25,543 nucleotides of DNA, taken from assembly GCA_036339465.1 (NCBI GenBank), contig JAYZAY010000046.1, positions 1 to 25,543 of the forward strand, written 5' to 3'. The stretch is from Myxococcota bacterium (GTDB lineage: Bacteria; Myxococcota; XYA12-FULL-58-9; JABJBS01). This document shows, in pieces, positions 1 through 8,163 of the stretch (positions are counted from its first letter, which is position 1; every line of letters starts with the position of its first letter). The notes below the pieces were generated by a model. The model ran no database searches. It was not told the origin of the DNA and saw only the letters and a program-made list of their open reading frames with translations. The translations under genes and the position numbers were made by a program.

Positions 1-750
1 TCCGTCGTCGGTGACCGCCAGGGTATGTTCATATTGGGCCGAGAGCTTGTGGTCGGCAGTAATGGCGGTCCAGTTGTCATCAAGGACAATGCTGTTGGGA
101 ACCCCTTCGTTGATCATGGGTTCGATGGTGAAAGTCATTCCTGGTCGGAGTCTTAAACCCTTACCTTTTTCTCCGTAGTGCCTTACTTCGGGCTCTTCAT
201 GAAATGTGCGTCCGATACCATGGCCGACAAAGTCCCGGACCACAGAGTAACCTTCAGGTTCCGCTCGAGCCTGGATAGCATGGCCGATATCTCCCAGGCG
301 AGCACCCGGCTGGACGGCGAGCACACTATTACGCTGTGATTCGAGGGTGGTTCTTAAGAGATGCATGGTCGATTCGCTCACCTGACCCACAGGAATCGTG
401 CTGGCATTGTCTCCGTGAAATCCTTCAACGATGAGGGTGACATCCACCCCTATGATATCGCCTTCCTTGAGGATGTGTTTGGGGTCGGGTATTCCATGGC
501 AAATGACTTCGTTGACTGAGGTGCAGATGCTTTTTGGAAATCCCCGGTAATTGAGAGGGGCACAAATAACGGCATGTTTCTTCGCAAATTGGCATTGAAG
601 GTCATCGATGTCTTGGGTGGACATTTTGGGCTCCACCTGATTGATGATCCATTCGAGGCATTCGGCGGCGAGATGGCCAGCTGCCCGCATGCTTTGGAGC
701 TCGCGGTTGCTCTTTAGATTGACTTGGCGATTCTTTTTTCTAAATACCAT
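1..750 (-). CDS. map: Type I methionine aminopeptidase (3' end runs off the window; absent from the ORF track)
   Basis: Manual translation from ATG at 750: MVFRKKNRQVNLKS...YRGFPKSICTSVNEVICHGIP...GDIIGVDVT...GFHGDNA...FVGHGIGRTFHEEP...GMTFTIEPMIN...SAQYEHTLAVTDDG. The D, D, H, E, E metal ligands of MetAP are present. Confidence 0.96.
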   Translation of the reverse strand, partial: MVFRKKNRQVNLKSNRELQSMRAAGHLAAECLEWIINQVEPKMSTQDIDDLQCQFAKKHAVICAPLNYRGFPKSICTSVNEVICHGIPDPKHILKEGDIIGVDVTLIVEGFHGDNASTIPVGQVSESTMHLLRTTLESQRNSVLAVQPGARLGDIGHAIQARAEPEGYSVVRDFVGHGIGRTFHEEPEVRHYGEKGKGLRLRPGMTFTIEPMINEGVPNSIVLDDNWTAITADHKLSAQYEHTLAVTDDG

Positions 751-766
751 AATGAAGCCCTTGGGA

Positions 767-1192
767 TTAAGTCGATGCGATGATTTCTTCAGCTGCAGTT
801 GCGCGCATGCGTTCGACCATGGCGGTTAATCCATTGGCCCTGCTTGCGCTTAAGTGTTTGTCGAGGCCCAATTGAGCGAATATTTTTTTGGCGTCAATGG
901 CGAGAATTTCTTTCGATGTTTTTTCCGAATACATCACCAGAAGTATGCGTAGGAGACCTCGAACGATGTGGGCATCGCTGTCGGCGACGAACCGGATTTT
1001 GGTGAGCGCGTCATCGGTGTTTTTTTCGGAGATAAGCCACACTTGACTCTGGCACCCACGAACTCGGTTTTCCTCAGTTTTGTGGACGTCAGCGAGTGGG
1101 GCCAGTTCTCGACCTAAATCGATGATGTAGCGGTAACGCTCTTCCCAATCCAATAGGATTTCAAAATTCTCGAGAAGTTCTTCTGTATGCAT
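767..1192 (-). CDS. sufE: SufE/CsdE family Fe-S metabolism sulfur acceptor
   Basis: DWEERYRYIIDLGR, VRGCQSQVW (catalytic Cys), ADSDAHIVRGL and HLSASRANGL motifs. Confidence 0.93.
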   Translation of the reverse strand: MHTEELLENFEILLDWEERYRYIIDLGRELAPLADVHKTEENRVRGCQSQVWLISEKNTDDALTKIRFVADSDAHIVRGLLRILLVMYSEKTSKEILAIDAKKIFAQLGLDKHLSASRANGLTAMVERMRATAAEEIIAST

Positions 1193-1262
1193 CTATAACC
1201 CTGGTTTGAGCGCAACCTCTATGACAAGACTATTCGATTTTCAATGGTTTGCTAAGGTCTCG

Positions 1263-1517
1263 TCACGAGTTTGGGGGGAGTGTGGAGCGGGTGTTGCGCG
1301 CTTCGGCATCCGACTTTGCTGCTTTTTTATAGATCCTATAGATTAGAAAGCCCCCAATTCCGATGATTCCCAGGGGAAGAAAAGTTAGAAATGCGGTGGT
1401 GTTGATGAATGCAATCCGAGCTTCGTCGTTGCTTTCGAAGCAAACTGCGCATGCATGAGCGAGTGTGGGTAAGAACATGATGGGAAGGACGGCTAGGGCT
1501 GGTGCGAGGAACCGCAT
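1263..1517 (-). CDS. Small membrane protein with signal peptide, CxxC motif and one further TM helix; last gene of the oxidase operon
   Basis: Signal-like N-terminus ending LAHA, then CAVC, then a hydrophobic helix and a basic tail. The ATG directly follows the subunit III stop (TAG-ATG). Confidence 0.75.
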   Translation of the reverse strand: MRFLAPALAVLPIMFLPTLAHACAVCFESNDEARIAFINTTAFLTFLPLGIIGIGGFLIYRIYKKAAKSDAEARNTRSTLPPNS

Positions 1518-2126
1518 CTAGAGATAAACCTGAATATACAAGATTGGCCAAACGCCCACCACAAAGTACCAGAAGGCCTGGGCTGTCCAGAACGTGGACG
1601 GGTCTAGATTGTTTCTGAGTAGTTTCACCAGGGCGTAGCCCAAGATAAGAATGGCGCAGACGGCGTGGAGACCATGTATCCCGATGATGAGGTAGAAAAA
1701 GGCGCCGTGGGCACTAGAGGTAAGGGTGAGTCCTTGGGCAATGAGGGCCACCCACTCAAATCCCTGGGCCACCACGAAAAACACACCCAAGGCCAAACTC
1801 AAGAGCATGGGCCGAAGTGCTTTTTGATGGGCTTCTTTGAATTTGCGGTTGGCAAGCCAAAGAAAGATCCCACTCAGTATGAGGGCGGCGGAATTGAAAA
1901 GGGTTTGTTCGAGAGGCAACCGAGGTTGCCCAATGGGGGGCCAGATCCCGCCTGCGGCGTTGGATTTCACGATCATGTGCGCACTGACTAAGCCGGCGAA
2001 GAACATAATCTCCGTGAGGATAAAGACAATCATGCCCAATAAACCATTGGGAATGGCAGGTTTGCTCTTACTTTCGGGCGGTGTTTCTTTGACCATGGTT
2101 TTTTCCACGGTTGCGGCTACTGTCAT
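1518..2126 (-). CDS. Heme-copper oxidase subunit III family protein (second copy)
   Basis: FILTEIMFFAGL, GFEW, FFYLIIGIHGLH and FWYFVVGVW motifs with 5 TM helices. The ATG at 2126 overlaps the upstream TGA (TGATG). Confidence 0.92.
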   Translation of the reverse strand: MTVAATVEKTMVKETPPESKSKPAIPNGLLGMIVFILTEIMFFAGLVSAHMIVKSNAAGGIWPPIGQPRLPLEQTLFNSAALILSGIFLWLANRKFKEAHQKALRPMLLSLALGVFFVVAQGFEWVALIAQGLTLTSSAHGAFFYLIIGIHGLHAVCAILILGYALVKLLRNNLDPSTFWTAQAFWYFVVGVWPILYIQVYL

Positions 2127-2602
2127 CAATGATTCCCGGCGGCGCCGCTTTGTTCCAAGACACGCTGAATCTCGGCTTTAGCAGCGATATTTTCCCACTG
2201 TGGGATGGTTATAATTCCCTCAGCGGTTTCGATTTCGTGGATTGCGCCCTGGTGATTGAGCACGTCGGGAGCCACCGCGGAAAAGAAGAGAAGCATGAAG
2301 GCCAAGGAGGTAAACATAAGGTAGGAAATGTATTTTTTCTCCATCTTCAAATGCATGAATTCACTGGCTACTAAGTAGGCTTTCACGAGGGCAATCCCAA
2401 ATGCCGTAAAGAGCACAATGGCGCGTCCGATGCCCGGCTGGCCAAGCATTTCGCCAATTGTAGGCCCGACTTCAGGGCCTAGAAAGCTGATGAACGCCAA
2501 AACGAGCAAGGCACCGTAGATCTTGAGGTAGTGCTTGGTGTGGTCGTGGTGCTCGCCATGCTCTGAAGCGTTTTCGTGTGCTGCTGCTTGTTCTTCACTC
2601 AT
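2126..2602 (-). CDS. Prokaryotic cytochrome c oxidase subunit IV family protein
   Basis: His-rich N-terminus, 3 TM helices and the IALVKAYLVASEFMHLK signature. It lies between the two subunit III genes. Confidence 0.88.
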   Translation of the reverse strand: MSEEQAAAHENASEHGEHHDHTKHYLKIYGALLVLAFISFLGPEVGPTIGEMLGQPGIGRAIVLFTAFGIALVKAYLVASEFMHLKMEKKYISYLMFTSLAFMLLFFSAVAPDVLNHQGAIHEIETAEGIITIPQWENIAAKAEIQRVLEQSGAAGNH

Positions 2603-2624
2603 TTTTTAACCTCGAATGGACGAA

Positions 2625-3194
2625 TTATTTTGCAATGTAGAGAAGGGGGAAGAGGAAAACCCAAACCAGGTCGACAAAGTGCCAGTAGTTGGCGATGAGT
2701 TCCACCCGTTGTACTTCCTTATTCTGCCTCACGTCGTTGGCTATCCATATCATCAGTATCATTCCGGCGATGACGTGAAGTCCGTGGATGCCTGCGGCCG
2801 TGTAGTAGAAGCTCCAGAAGGTGTTGGCGGTAATGGTGTAGCCCAGTTCTATCTCATGGGACCATTCAAAGAATTTAACCACCAAAAACACCAGGCCAAA
2901 CCCCGTGGTGACCATGAGAAGTTTGGCTGCCTTTTTATTGTTGCCCATTTCAACGGCATTGTGGGCACAGACGGCAAAAAAACTGGAGGTCAGAAGAACC
3001 CAGGTGTTGAAGGCACCGGCGTAGATGTTGGTGTGAATGGAATAGTTTGCCCATTCAGGATGACCGATACGGTGCATGATATAGCTGGCGAGCAGGCCGC
3101 CAAAGATAACGATCTCCGAAACAATCACCCACCAAACCGCCAATCGGCCTGTGGGGATCCCCGTCGCACTTCGTGTGGTTGCAATCGGTTTCAT
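2625..3194 (-). CDS. Heme-copper oxidase subunit III family protein (first copy)
   Basis: IVSEIVIFGGL, NTWVLLTSS, KFFEW, GIHGLHV and YWHFVDLVWVFLFPLLY motifs. Confidence 0.94.
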   Translation of the reverse strand: MKPIATTRSATGIPTGRLAVWWVIVSEIVIFGGLLASYIMHRIGHPEWANYSIHTNIYAGAFNTWVLLTSSFFAVCAHNAVEMGNNKKAAKLLMVTTGFGLVFLVVKFFEWSHEIELGYTITANTFWSFYYTAAGIHGLHVIAGMILMIWIANDVRQNKEVQRVELIANYWHFVDLVWVFLFPLLYIAK

Positions 3195-3227
3195 GTTGAT
3201 ACCTCTCCTAAAGTGATACCTAATTCG

Positions 3228-4922
3228 TTAGGATTCGTTGGGCAAATGCTGGGGCCAGTAGTCATCGTCGCGTCCAGGCACACCATATTCGTAGGGGCCC
3301 CGGTAGACCGTGGGCATTTCTTTGAAGTTGCCGTGTGGCGGGGGAGAAGCTGTGACCCACTCCAATGTGGTTCCTTTCCAGGGGTTCTCACCGGCCTTTG
3401 GACCGAAGAAGATGCTCCAGAAAAAGTTGGTCAGAAACACGATTTGGAATACGATCAGGGTGACCAAGGCCATGGTCGCCAGGACCCGGAGGTTTTGAAG
3501 CTCGGTGGTGGCCAGCTCGGGGAAGTGTTGGTAATTGTAGATTCGTCGGTGCTGACCAGCACTGCCCAGCACAAAAAGCGGAATGAAGATGAAGTTGAAG
3601 GGGATAATCGTCCCCCAGAAGTGAATTTTACCGGCGGTCTCATTCATCAGGCGCCCAAACATCTTCGGAAACCAGTGGGTCAGGCCAGCAAACACCGCAA
3701 TAAAGGCGATAGGAAAGAACGTGTAGTGAAAGTGCGCGATGACAAAGTAGGTGTCGTGGAAATAAACGTCTGCACCACTGGCTCCTAAGAAGATCCCAGT
3801 GACCCCGCCAATGAGGAATTCGGCGATGAATGCCAAGGCCCAGAGCATGGGGGTGCTCAAGGTGATGGATCCTCCCCAAAGGCTCGCAATATAAATAAAG
3901 AGCATTTCCGCGATGGGAATGGAGATGAGCAAGGTGGTCACCGTAAATACATTGGCCATTCGGGGATCGATACCCGCGATGAACTGATGGTGGGCCCAAA
4001 CGAAGAAACTCAGAATACCCGTGGCAAAGGTGGTGTAGAGGATGGTCTTATAGGCAAAGAGCTTTTTACGGGCAAACACCGCGATAATCTCCGCCACGAT
4101 ACCCATGGCCGGCAGCAATACCACGTAAACCTCAGGGTGGCCAAAGAACCAGAAGAGGTGTTGCCAGAGCACGGGATCTCCACCGGCGCTCGGGTCGTAG
4201 AAGGTGGTGCCAATGACTTGATCCATAAACATCATCACCGCGCCGGCGATTAAGGGGCCTACCGAAGCCATAAAGAGAATACTGGCGATGACGATCATCC
4301 ATACCACGATGGGAACATCAAACATCTTCATGCCGGGGGCACGACTGTTCATGGCGGTGGTGATAAAATTAATACCCCCCAATAGGAAGGCCACAAATTC
4401 TAAGGCCACCGCGACCAACCACATTGAGGAGCCGAGCGGGGTTAAACTGTATTCGGCTTTGGCCGAGAGGGGGGGATAGGCTGTCCATGCGCCGCCGAAG
4501 CCACCTCCTTCCACGAAAAATGATGCCAGGATGATGACGGCACTGATAAAGAAAATTTGGTAGGAGAGGCGATTGATCCGCGGAAAGACCATATCGTCGC
4601 AACCGATCATCAGCGGAATCAAGAAGTTGCCAAAGGCGGCGATCAACACCGGCATGGCCACCCAAAAAACCATAATGGTGCCGTGGTTGGTGATGAGCGA
4701 ATTGTAATCACCGGGGGTTACTTTGCCGTAGAATGGGACCTCGATGCCCGGAAATGCCAATTGCATCCTGAAGGCGTAAACCAGGAAACCACCGATGAGG
4801 GCCATAAACATCCCCGTAAAGAGATACTGCATGCCAATGATTTTATGGTCTAATGGGAAAATATATTTGCTCACCCAACCCGGTTCATGGTGGGCATCAT
4901 GTGCGTGGTCTGCTGCACTCAT
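3228..4922 (-). CDS. ctaD: A-family heme-copper oxidase catalytic subunit I (atypical K-channel)
   Basis: H80, GHPEVY (H262/E264/Y266), WAHH (H311/H312), HDTYFVIAHFHY (H397/H399) and the RR pair. D-channel D110, N99, N117 and N185 are present. Confidence 0.97.
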   Translation of the reverse strand: MSAADHAHDAHHEPGWVSKYIFPLDHKIIGMQYLFTGMFMALIGGFLVYAFRMQLAFPGIEVPFYGKVTPGDYNSLITNHGTIMVFWVAMPVLIAAFGNFLIPLMIGCDDMVFPRINRLSYQIFFISAVIILASFFVEGGGFGGAWTAYPPLSAKAEYSLTPLGSSMWLVAVALEFVAFLLGGINFITTAMNSRAPGMKMFDVPIVVWMIVIASILFMASVGPLIAGAVMMFMDQVIGTTFYDPSAGGDPVLWQHLFWFFGHPEVYVVLLPAMGIVAEIIAVFARKKLFAYKTILYTTFATGILSFFVWAHHQFIAGIDPRMANVFTVTTLLISIPIAEMLFIYIASLWGGSITLSTPMLWALAFIAEFLIGGVTGIFLGASGADVYFHDTYFVIAHFHYTFFPIAFIAVFAGLTHWFPKMFGRLMNETAGKIHFWGTIIPFNFIFIPLFVLGSAGQHRRIYNYQHFPELATTELQNLRVLATMALVTLIVFQIVFLTNFFWSIFFGPKAGENPWKGTTLEWVTASPPPHGNFKEMPTVYRGPYEYGVPGRDDDYWPQHLPNES

Positions 4923-4962
4923 TCTTTATTACCTCTTAGGCTAAAATCATTCTTAGGGTAAA

Positions 4963-5694
4963 TCACGGTACGCCGACGGCGGCGACGGTCGTGCTTAGGG
5001 CTTTGTCGTCAATTTTGGAGGCCACCATGCCTTCGCTCTGGCTTTGCATCCATTTCTCGTGTTCCTCGGGTGTTTCAATAAAGATTCGGCCGCCCATCAT
5101 ACCATGGGCGATGCCGCAGATTTCGGCACACTGTATATCGTGTTCTCCGGTGCCTGTGGCTTTAAACCAGCCCGTGATGACTCGGCCGGGAATTGCATCC
5201 TGTTTCAATCTGAAAACAGGAACCGAGAAATCATGAAGCACATCCAATGATTCGAGCTTGTAATGATAGGTGGTTCCCACTTTGACATGCAGTTCGTCGG
5301 TGGTGCGGATATCATCTTTGGTATCGAGCTTGTTGTCTGGGCCGGGGTGCTGGAAGGTCCAACCCCATTGCTGTGAAATAATCCGGACGGTTGCTTCGGC
5401 CGGCGGAAGGGTTTGTTTGATATCCACCCAAACCGTCACGGCAAAATAAATAATAAAAACGTCACAAACCAAGACGGCGTAATGGGGCCAAGTGACCCAA
5501 CGTTTTTGATGGGCCTCTTCCCCGGTGATGTATTCGGAACGGACCCCTTCCTTGGCGCGATATTTCCAAATCAACCAGAAAAAGACACCTTCCGATAGCA
5601 CGAGCCAGATGCCCGTGAACCAGGCAACCAGGTTGACAAGGAAATCGAGATCAGATGCGTAGGTGGAGAGTGGTTCAACCAATGACTCTATCAT
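4963..5694 (-). CDS. ctaC: Cytochrome c oxidase subunit II (CuA, no fused cytochrome c)
   Basis: Two TM helices, QQWGW aromatic motif, and a complete CuA ligand set DVLH...CAEICGIAHGMM. Confidence 0.96.
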   Translation of the reverse strand: MIESLVEPLSTYASDLDFLVNLVAWFTGIWLVLSEGVFFWLIWKYRAKEGVRSEYITGEEAHQKRWVTWPHYAVLVCDVFIIYFAVTVWVDIKQTLPPAEATVRIISQQWGWTFQHPGPDNKLDTKDDIRTTDELHVKVGTTYHYKLESLDVLHDFSVPVFRLKQDAIPGRVITGWFKATGTGEHDIQCAEICGIAHGMMGGRIFIETPEEHEKWMQSQSEGMVASKIDDKALSTTVAAVGVP

Positions 5695-5708
5695 GTTTAC
5701 TTCCTACC

Positions 5709-5813
5709 TTAGAGAATGAATGCGAATACAACGCCAACGAAAACGGCCGTTGCCAACATTGTGATCGTGAAGGTTTTCTTAATCAGTTCGTCGGGTCCAA
5801 TATCTGCTGCCAT
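5709..5813 (-). CDS. Unannotated 34-aa single-TM peptide MAADIGPDELIKKTFTITMLATAVFVGVVFAFIL
   Basis: ATG at 5813 preceded by a GGAGG RBS (5822-5826), TAA at 5709-5711, one long hydrophobic helix, and it ends 14 nt before the subunit II start. Confidence 0.75.
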   Translation of the reverse strand: MAADIGPDELIKKTFTITMLATAVFVGVVFAFIL

Positions 5814-5829
5814 CGCGATGGCCTCCTGC

Positions 5830-5898
5830 GTGATTTATCTGCTGGGTGATTTATCTGCTGCGTGATTTATTTGTTACCCCGTGATCTATTTGTTGCTG
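5830..5898. repeat. Four degenerate tandem copies of a 16-19 nt unit (GTGATTTATCTGCTG core)
   Basis: Copies start at 5830, 5846, 5862 and 5881. The first two are identical over 15 nt and the last overlaps the cytochrome c stop codon. Confidence 0.8.
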
Positions 5899-6533
5899 AG
5901 TGTCCCGATATAGGCAATGACGTCTTTCATCGCTTGCTCATTGGGCAAAACACCCGCCATACCAATCATCTGGGCGGCCACGGCATCCCGGGGGTCAGAG
6001 CCTCGGATTTTATGCTTGAACTTTTTGAGCGAGTTGAGCACATACCAATCGTTTAGGTGGGTGAGTGAAGGTGCGCTGAGGGCCTGATTCCCCGCTCCAT
6101 CCGTACCATGACAGGTGGTGCACACCGCGAAGTAGGCCTGGCCACGGGTGGAGTCGCCGGTTTGGGCGACTTGAGTGGGTGCGGGTTTGTTTTGGGGCAG
6201 GCTGGAGATGTGAAGCGCGACGGCCTCCACGTCTCGGTCTGTGGGCAGTGTGAGCGACATAGGGCGCATTTTGCGGCCCTCGAGGTCATCGGGATGCATG
6301 CCTCTCCACCCTTTTTTATATTTCATCAGTTGAGTTTGTAGGTACCACTGCTCCATGCCCGCGATAGCCGGGGCGTGAATCTTTTGGTTGCCCTGGCCGT
6401 TTTCCATATGACATGGAATGCAGCTTGCATAAAGGGCCTTACCACGGGCATGGGGTTCTTCAGGGATTTCCTTACAGCCCGTGGCGGCAATCATGGCTAT
6501 TAAAGCGATCCCTAAGACGATCAATCGTTTCAT
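5886..6533 (-). CDS. Diheme cytochrome c (c4-like), predicted lipoprotein
   Basis: CIPCH and CTTCH, APAIAG/APSL..L...Y class I motifs, distal Met motifs KMRPM and QMIGM, and a lipobox-like ATGC after the signal peptide. Confidence 0.93.
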   Translation of the reverse strand: MKRLIVLGIALIAMIAATGCKEIPEEPHARGKALYASCIPCHMENGQGNQKIHAPAIAGMEQWYLQTQLMKYKKGWRGMHPDDLEGRKMRPMSLTLPTDRDVEAVALHISSLPQNKPAPTQVAQTGDSTRGQAYFAVCTTCHGTDGAGNQALSAPSLTHLNDWYVLNSLKKFKHKIRGSDPRDAVAAQMIGMAGVLPNEQAMKDVIAYIGTLSNK

Positions 6534-6945
6534 TTCTTCCCTCTACCAACATACGAAGCTTGATGGTTTCCCATTCGGTATCCCAGTTTGCTACGCATCC
6601 TTGACGCTTCCGTGTTCTCTACCCGCGCAATTGCAAATCGATTGGTTCAAGTCCAGTCTTCAATTCGCGAATTCCAGGCCGGCGTTTGTCTGAGTACATA
6701 GCGTTTTCGTGTTCCGTATTCAACTAAACGCATTATTAATTTAGTCAGTTTTGGGTTCAAATTCAAATTTTCGAACCCTATATTCCATGGCATTACTCTA
6801 TGAAAATTATAAGGTTTTCGGAAGAAAATTGATGGATTTTATTACAGGTAAAATTATCTGTCGGGTTGACGGGCTACAGGCCCTTGGATTAACCGCATGT
6901 TTTGCGGCCCTCTCTGGGGCCTATAACGGTTGTGAGGTAACGCGG

Positions 6946-7578
6946 ATGATTAAGAAATTCCCAGGAATGTTGTTGTTTGTCATGGTTCTCTTTTCCTGCA
7001 AGAGTATCGAACGTAAGCTCCCCGAATATGGCGAGGTGCCTGTTTGGGCTTTCATGAATCAGGATGCGCAGCCCTTTGGCTCGGCGCAGCTTTCTGGGCG
7101 GGCGTGGGCGGCCAACTTTATATTTACATCGTGTCCCACGGCATGTCCGACCATCGCTAAGAAAACCCATACGGTTCAAGAGAAAATGCGAGAATGGTTG
7201 CCGCAAATAAAGGAAAACCGGCCTGTGCTTGTGTCTATCTCAGTGGACCCTCTCACAGATACCCCGGCAAAACTTCGGGAGTTTGGTTCCAAACACTATG
7301 CAGATCATAAAATTTGGCAGCTTGTCAGCGGTGATTATGATGCCATGGAAAATTTGGTAACCAAGGGATTTCTTCAAGCGCTCGATCGATCGGGAGGGAA
7401 GGGAGAAAAAACGTTGAAGGAGGCCCTTAATCGCGAACCGACCCCACTGGACACGGTGCACAGCATGCATTTTGTGTTGATTGATAAGGTGGGTAAAATT
7501 AGGGGCTTCTATGGGCAGGATGCCAATTCACTGACGCGTCTGGCCGCAGATCTAAGATATTTAAGTGAAAAAATATAG
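6946..7578 (+). CDS. SCO1/SenC family copper chaperone, predicted lipoprotein
   Basis: FIFTSCPTAC (CxxxC), SISVDP..DTP and HSMHFVLID..G.IRGFY motifs. Start placed at ATG 6946 (GAGGT RBS, LFSC lipobox) rather than 6751. Confidence 0.92.
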   Translation: MIKKFPGMLLFVMVLFSCKSIERKLPEYGEVPVWAFMNQDAQPFGSAQLSGRAWAANFIFTSCPTACPTIAKKTHTVQEKMREWLPQIKENRPVLVSISVDPLTDTPAKLREFGSKHYADHKIWQLVSGDYDAMENLVTKGFLQALDRSGGKGEKTLKEALNREPTPLDTVHSMHFVLIDKVGKIRGFYGQDANSLTRLAADLRYLSEKI

Positions 7579-7599
7579 GAAGGGGTAGGTCAGGGTGGG

Positions 7600-8088
7600 C
7601 TACTTACCAAAGCCACGTACAATTTTGACCAATTCGGAGACGGTTTCAGGCTTGTTCATCAGGTCTGGGTTGCCTGGCATCAAGGGGCTTTTGCCCACCG
7701 ACATTCCACCATTGAGAATGATTTTTGTGAGATAGTCGTCTTTGACAGACGCTTGCCACCCTTTATTCGTCAAATTTCTGGGTTTCGGATTGAGATTGGC
7801 GGCGCCTGCGCCATCACCCAAGCCCGTAGCGCCATGGCATAGGGCACATCGTTGGGCGAAAATCTCCTTTGCCTCGGCGCCAGGATCTGCAGGCGCGGCC
7901 GCAGCGGCGGCGGCTCCCGCCGCAGGCACACCCGTGAGCCCGGGAGCTTTCACGGCTTGTTGAGCCGCGAGGGTGGGGGCGGCTTTTTTGGTGGCCTCGC
8001 TGGTGGTGGGTGTCTCGGATTTGGAACAAGCCGCCGCAGCGACGAGTGCCACAAGGCACAGGGATAGAGCGAAGTCTCGTTTCTTCAT
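7600..8088 (-). CDS. Monoheme cytochrome c lipoprotein with long Ala/Pro/Thr linker
   Basis: AAAC lipobox, low-complexity tether, CALCHGATGLGDG, PKPRNLT and the SPLMP distal Met. Confidence 0.92.
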   Translation of the reverse strand: MKKRDFALSLCLVALVAAAACSKSETPTTSEATKKAAPTLAAQQAVKAPGLTGVPAAGAAAAAAAPADPGAEAKEIFAQRCALCHGATGLGDGAGAANLNPKPRNLTNKGWQASVKDDYLTKIILNGGMSVGKSPLMPGNPDLMNKPETVSELVKIVRGFGK

Positions 8089-8163
8089 GGTGATCTCCGA
8101 GTGAGGGGTTCGTTGTTTATTTAAGTGGACAACCTCGATCGAGTTTATCGTAAGATTTCCGCG

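Noticed and set aside
2616..3788. 390-aa plus-strand ORF
   Set aside because: It is the antisense shadow of oxidase subunits I and III, with no recognisable motifs; codon bias of the real genes explains it.
3228..4922. Straight call as nitric oxide reductase or pseudogene
   Set aside because: The crosslink Tyr in HPEVY and the D-channel are retained, unlike known NOR families. The frame is intact and all ligands are present.
6751..6945. N-terminal extension of SCO in the ORF track
   Set aside because: The sequence is AT-rich and intergenic-like; the RBS and lipoprotein signal begin at 6946.
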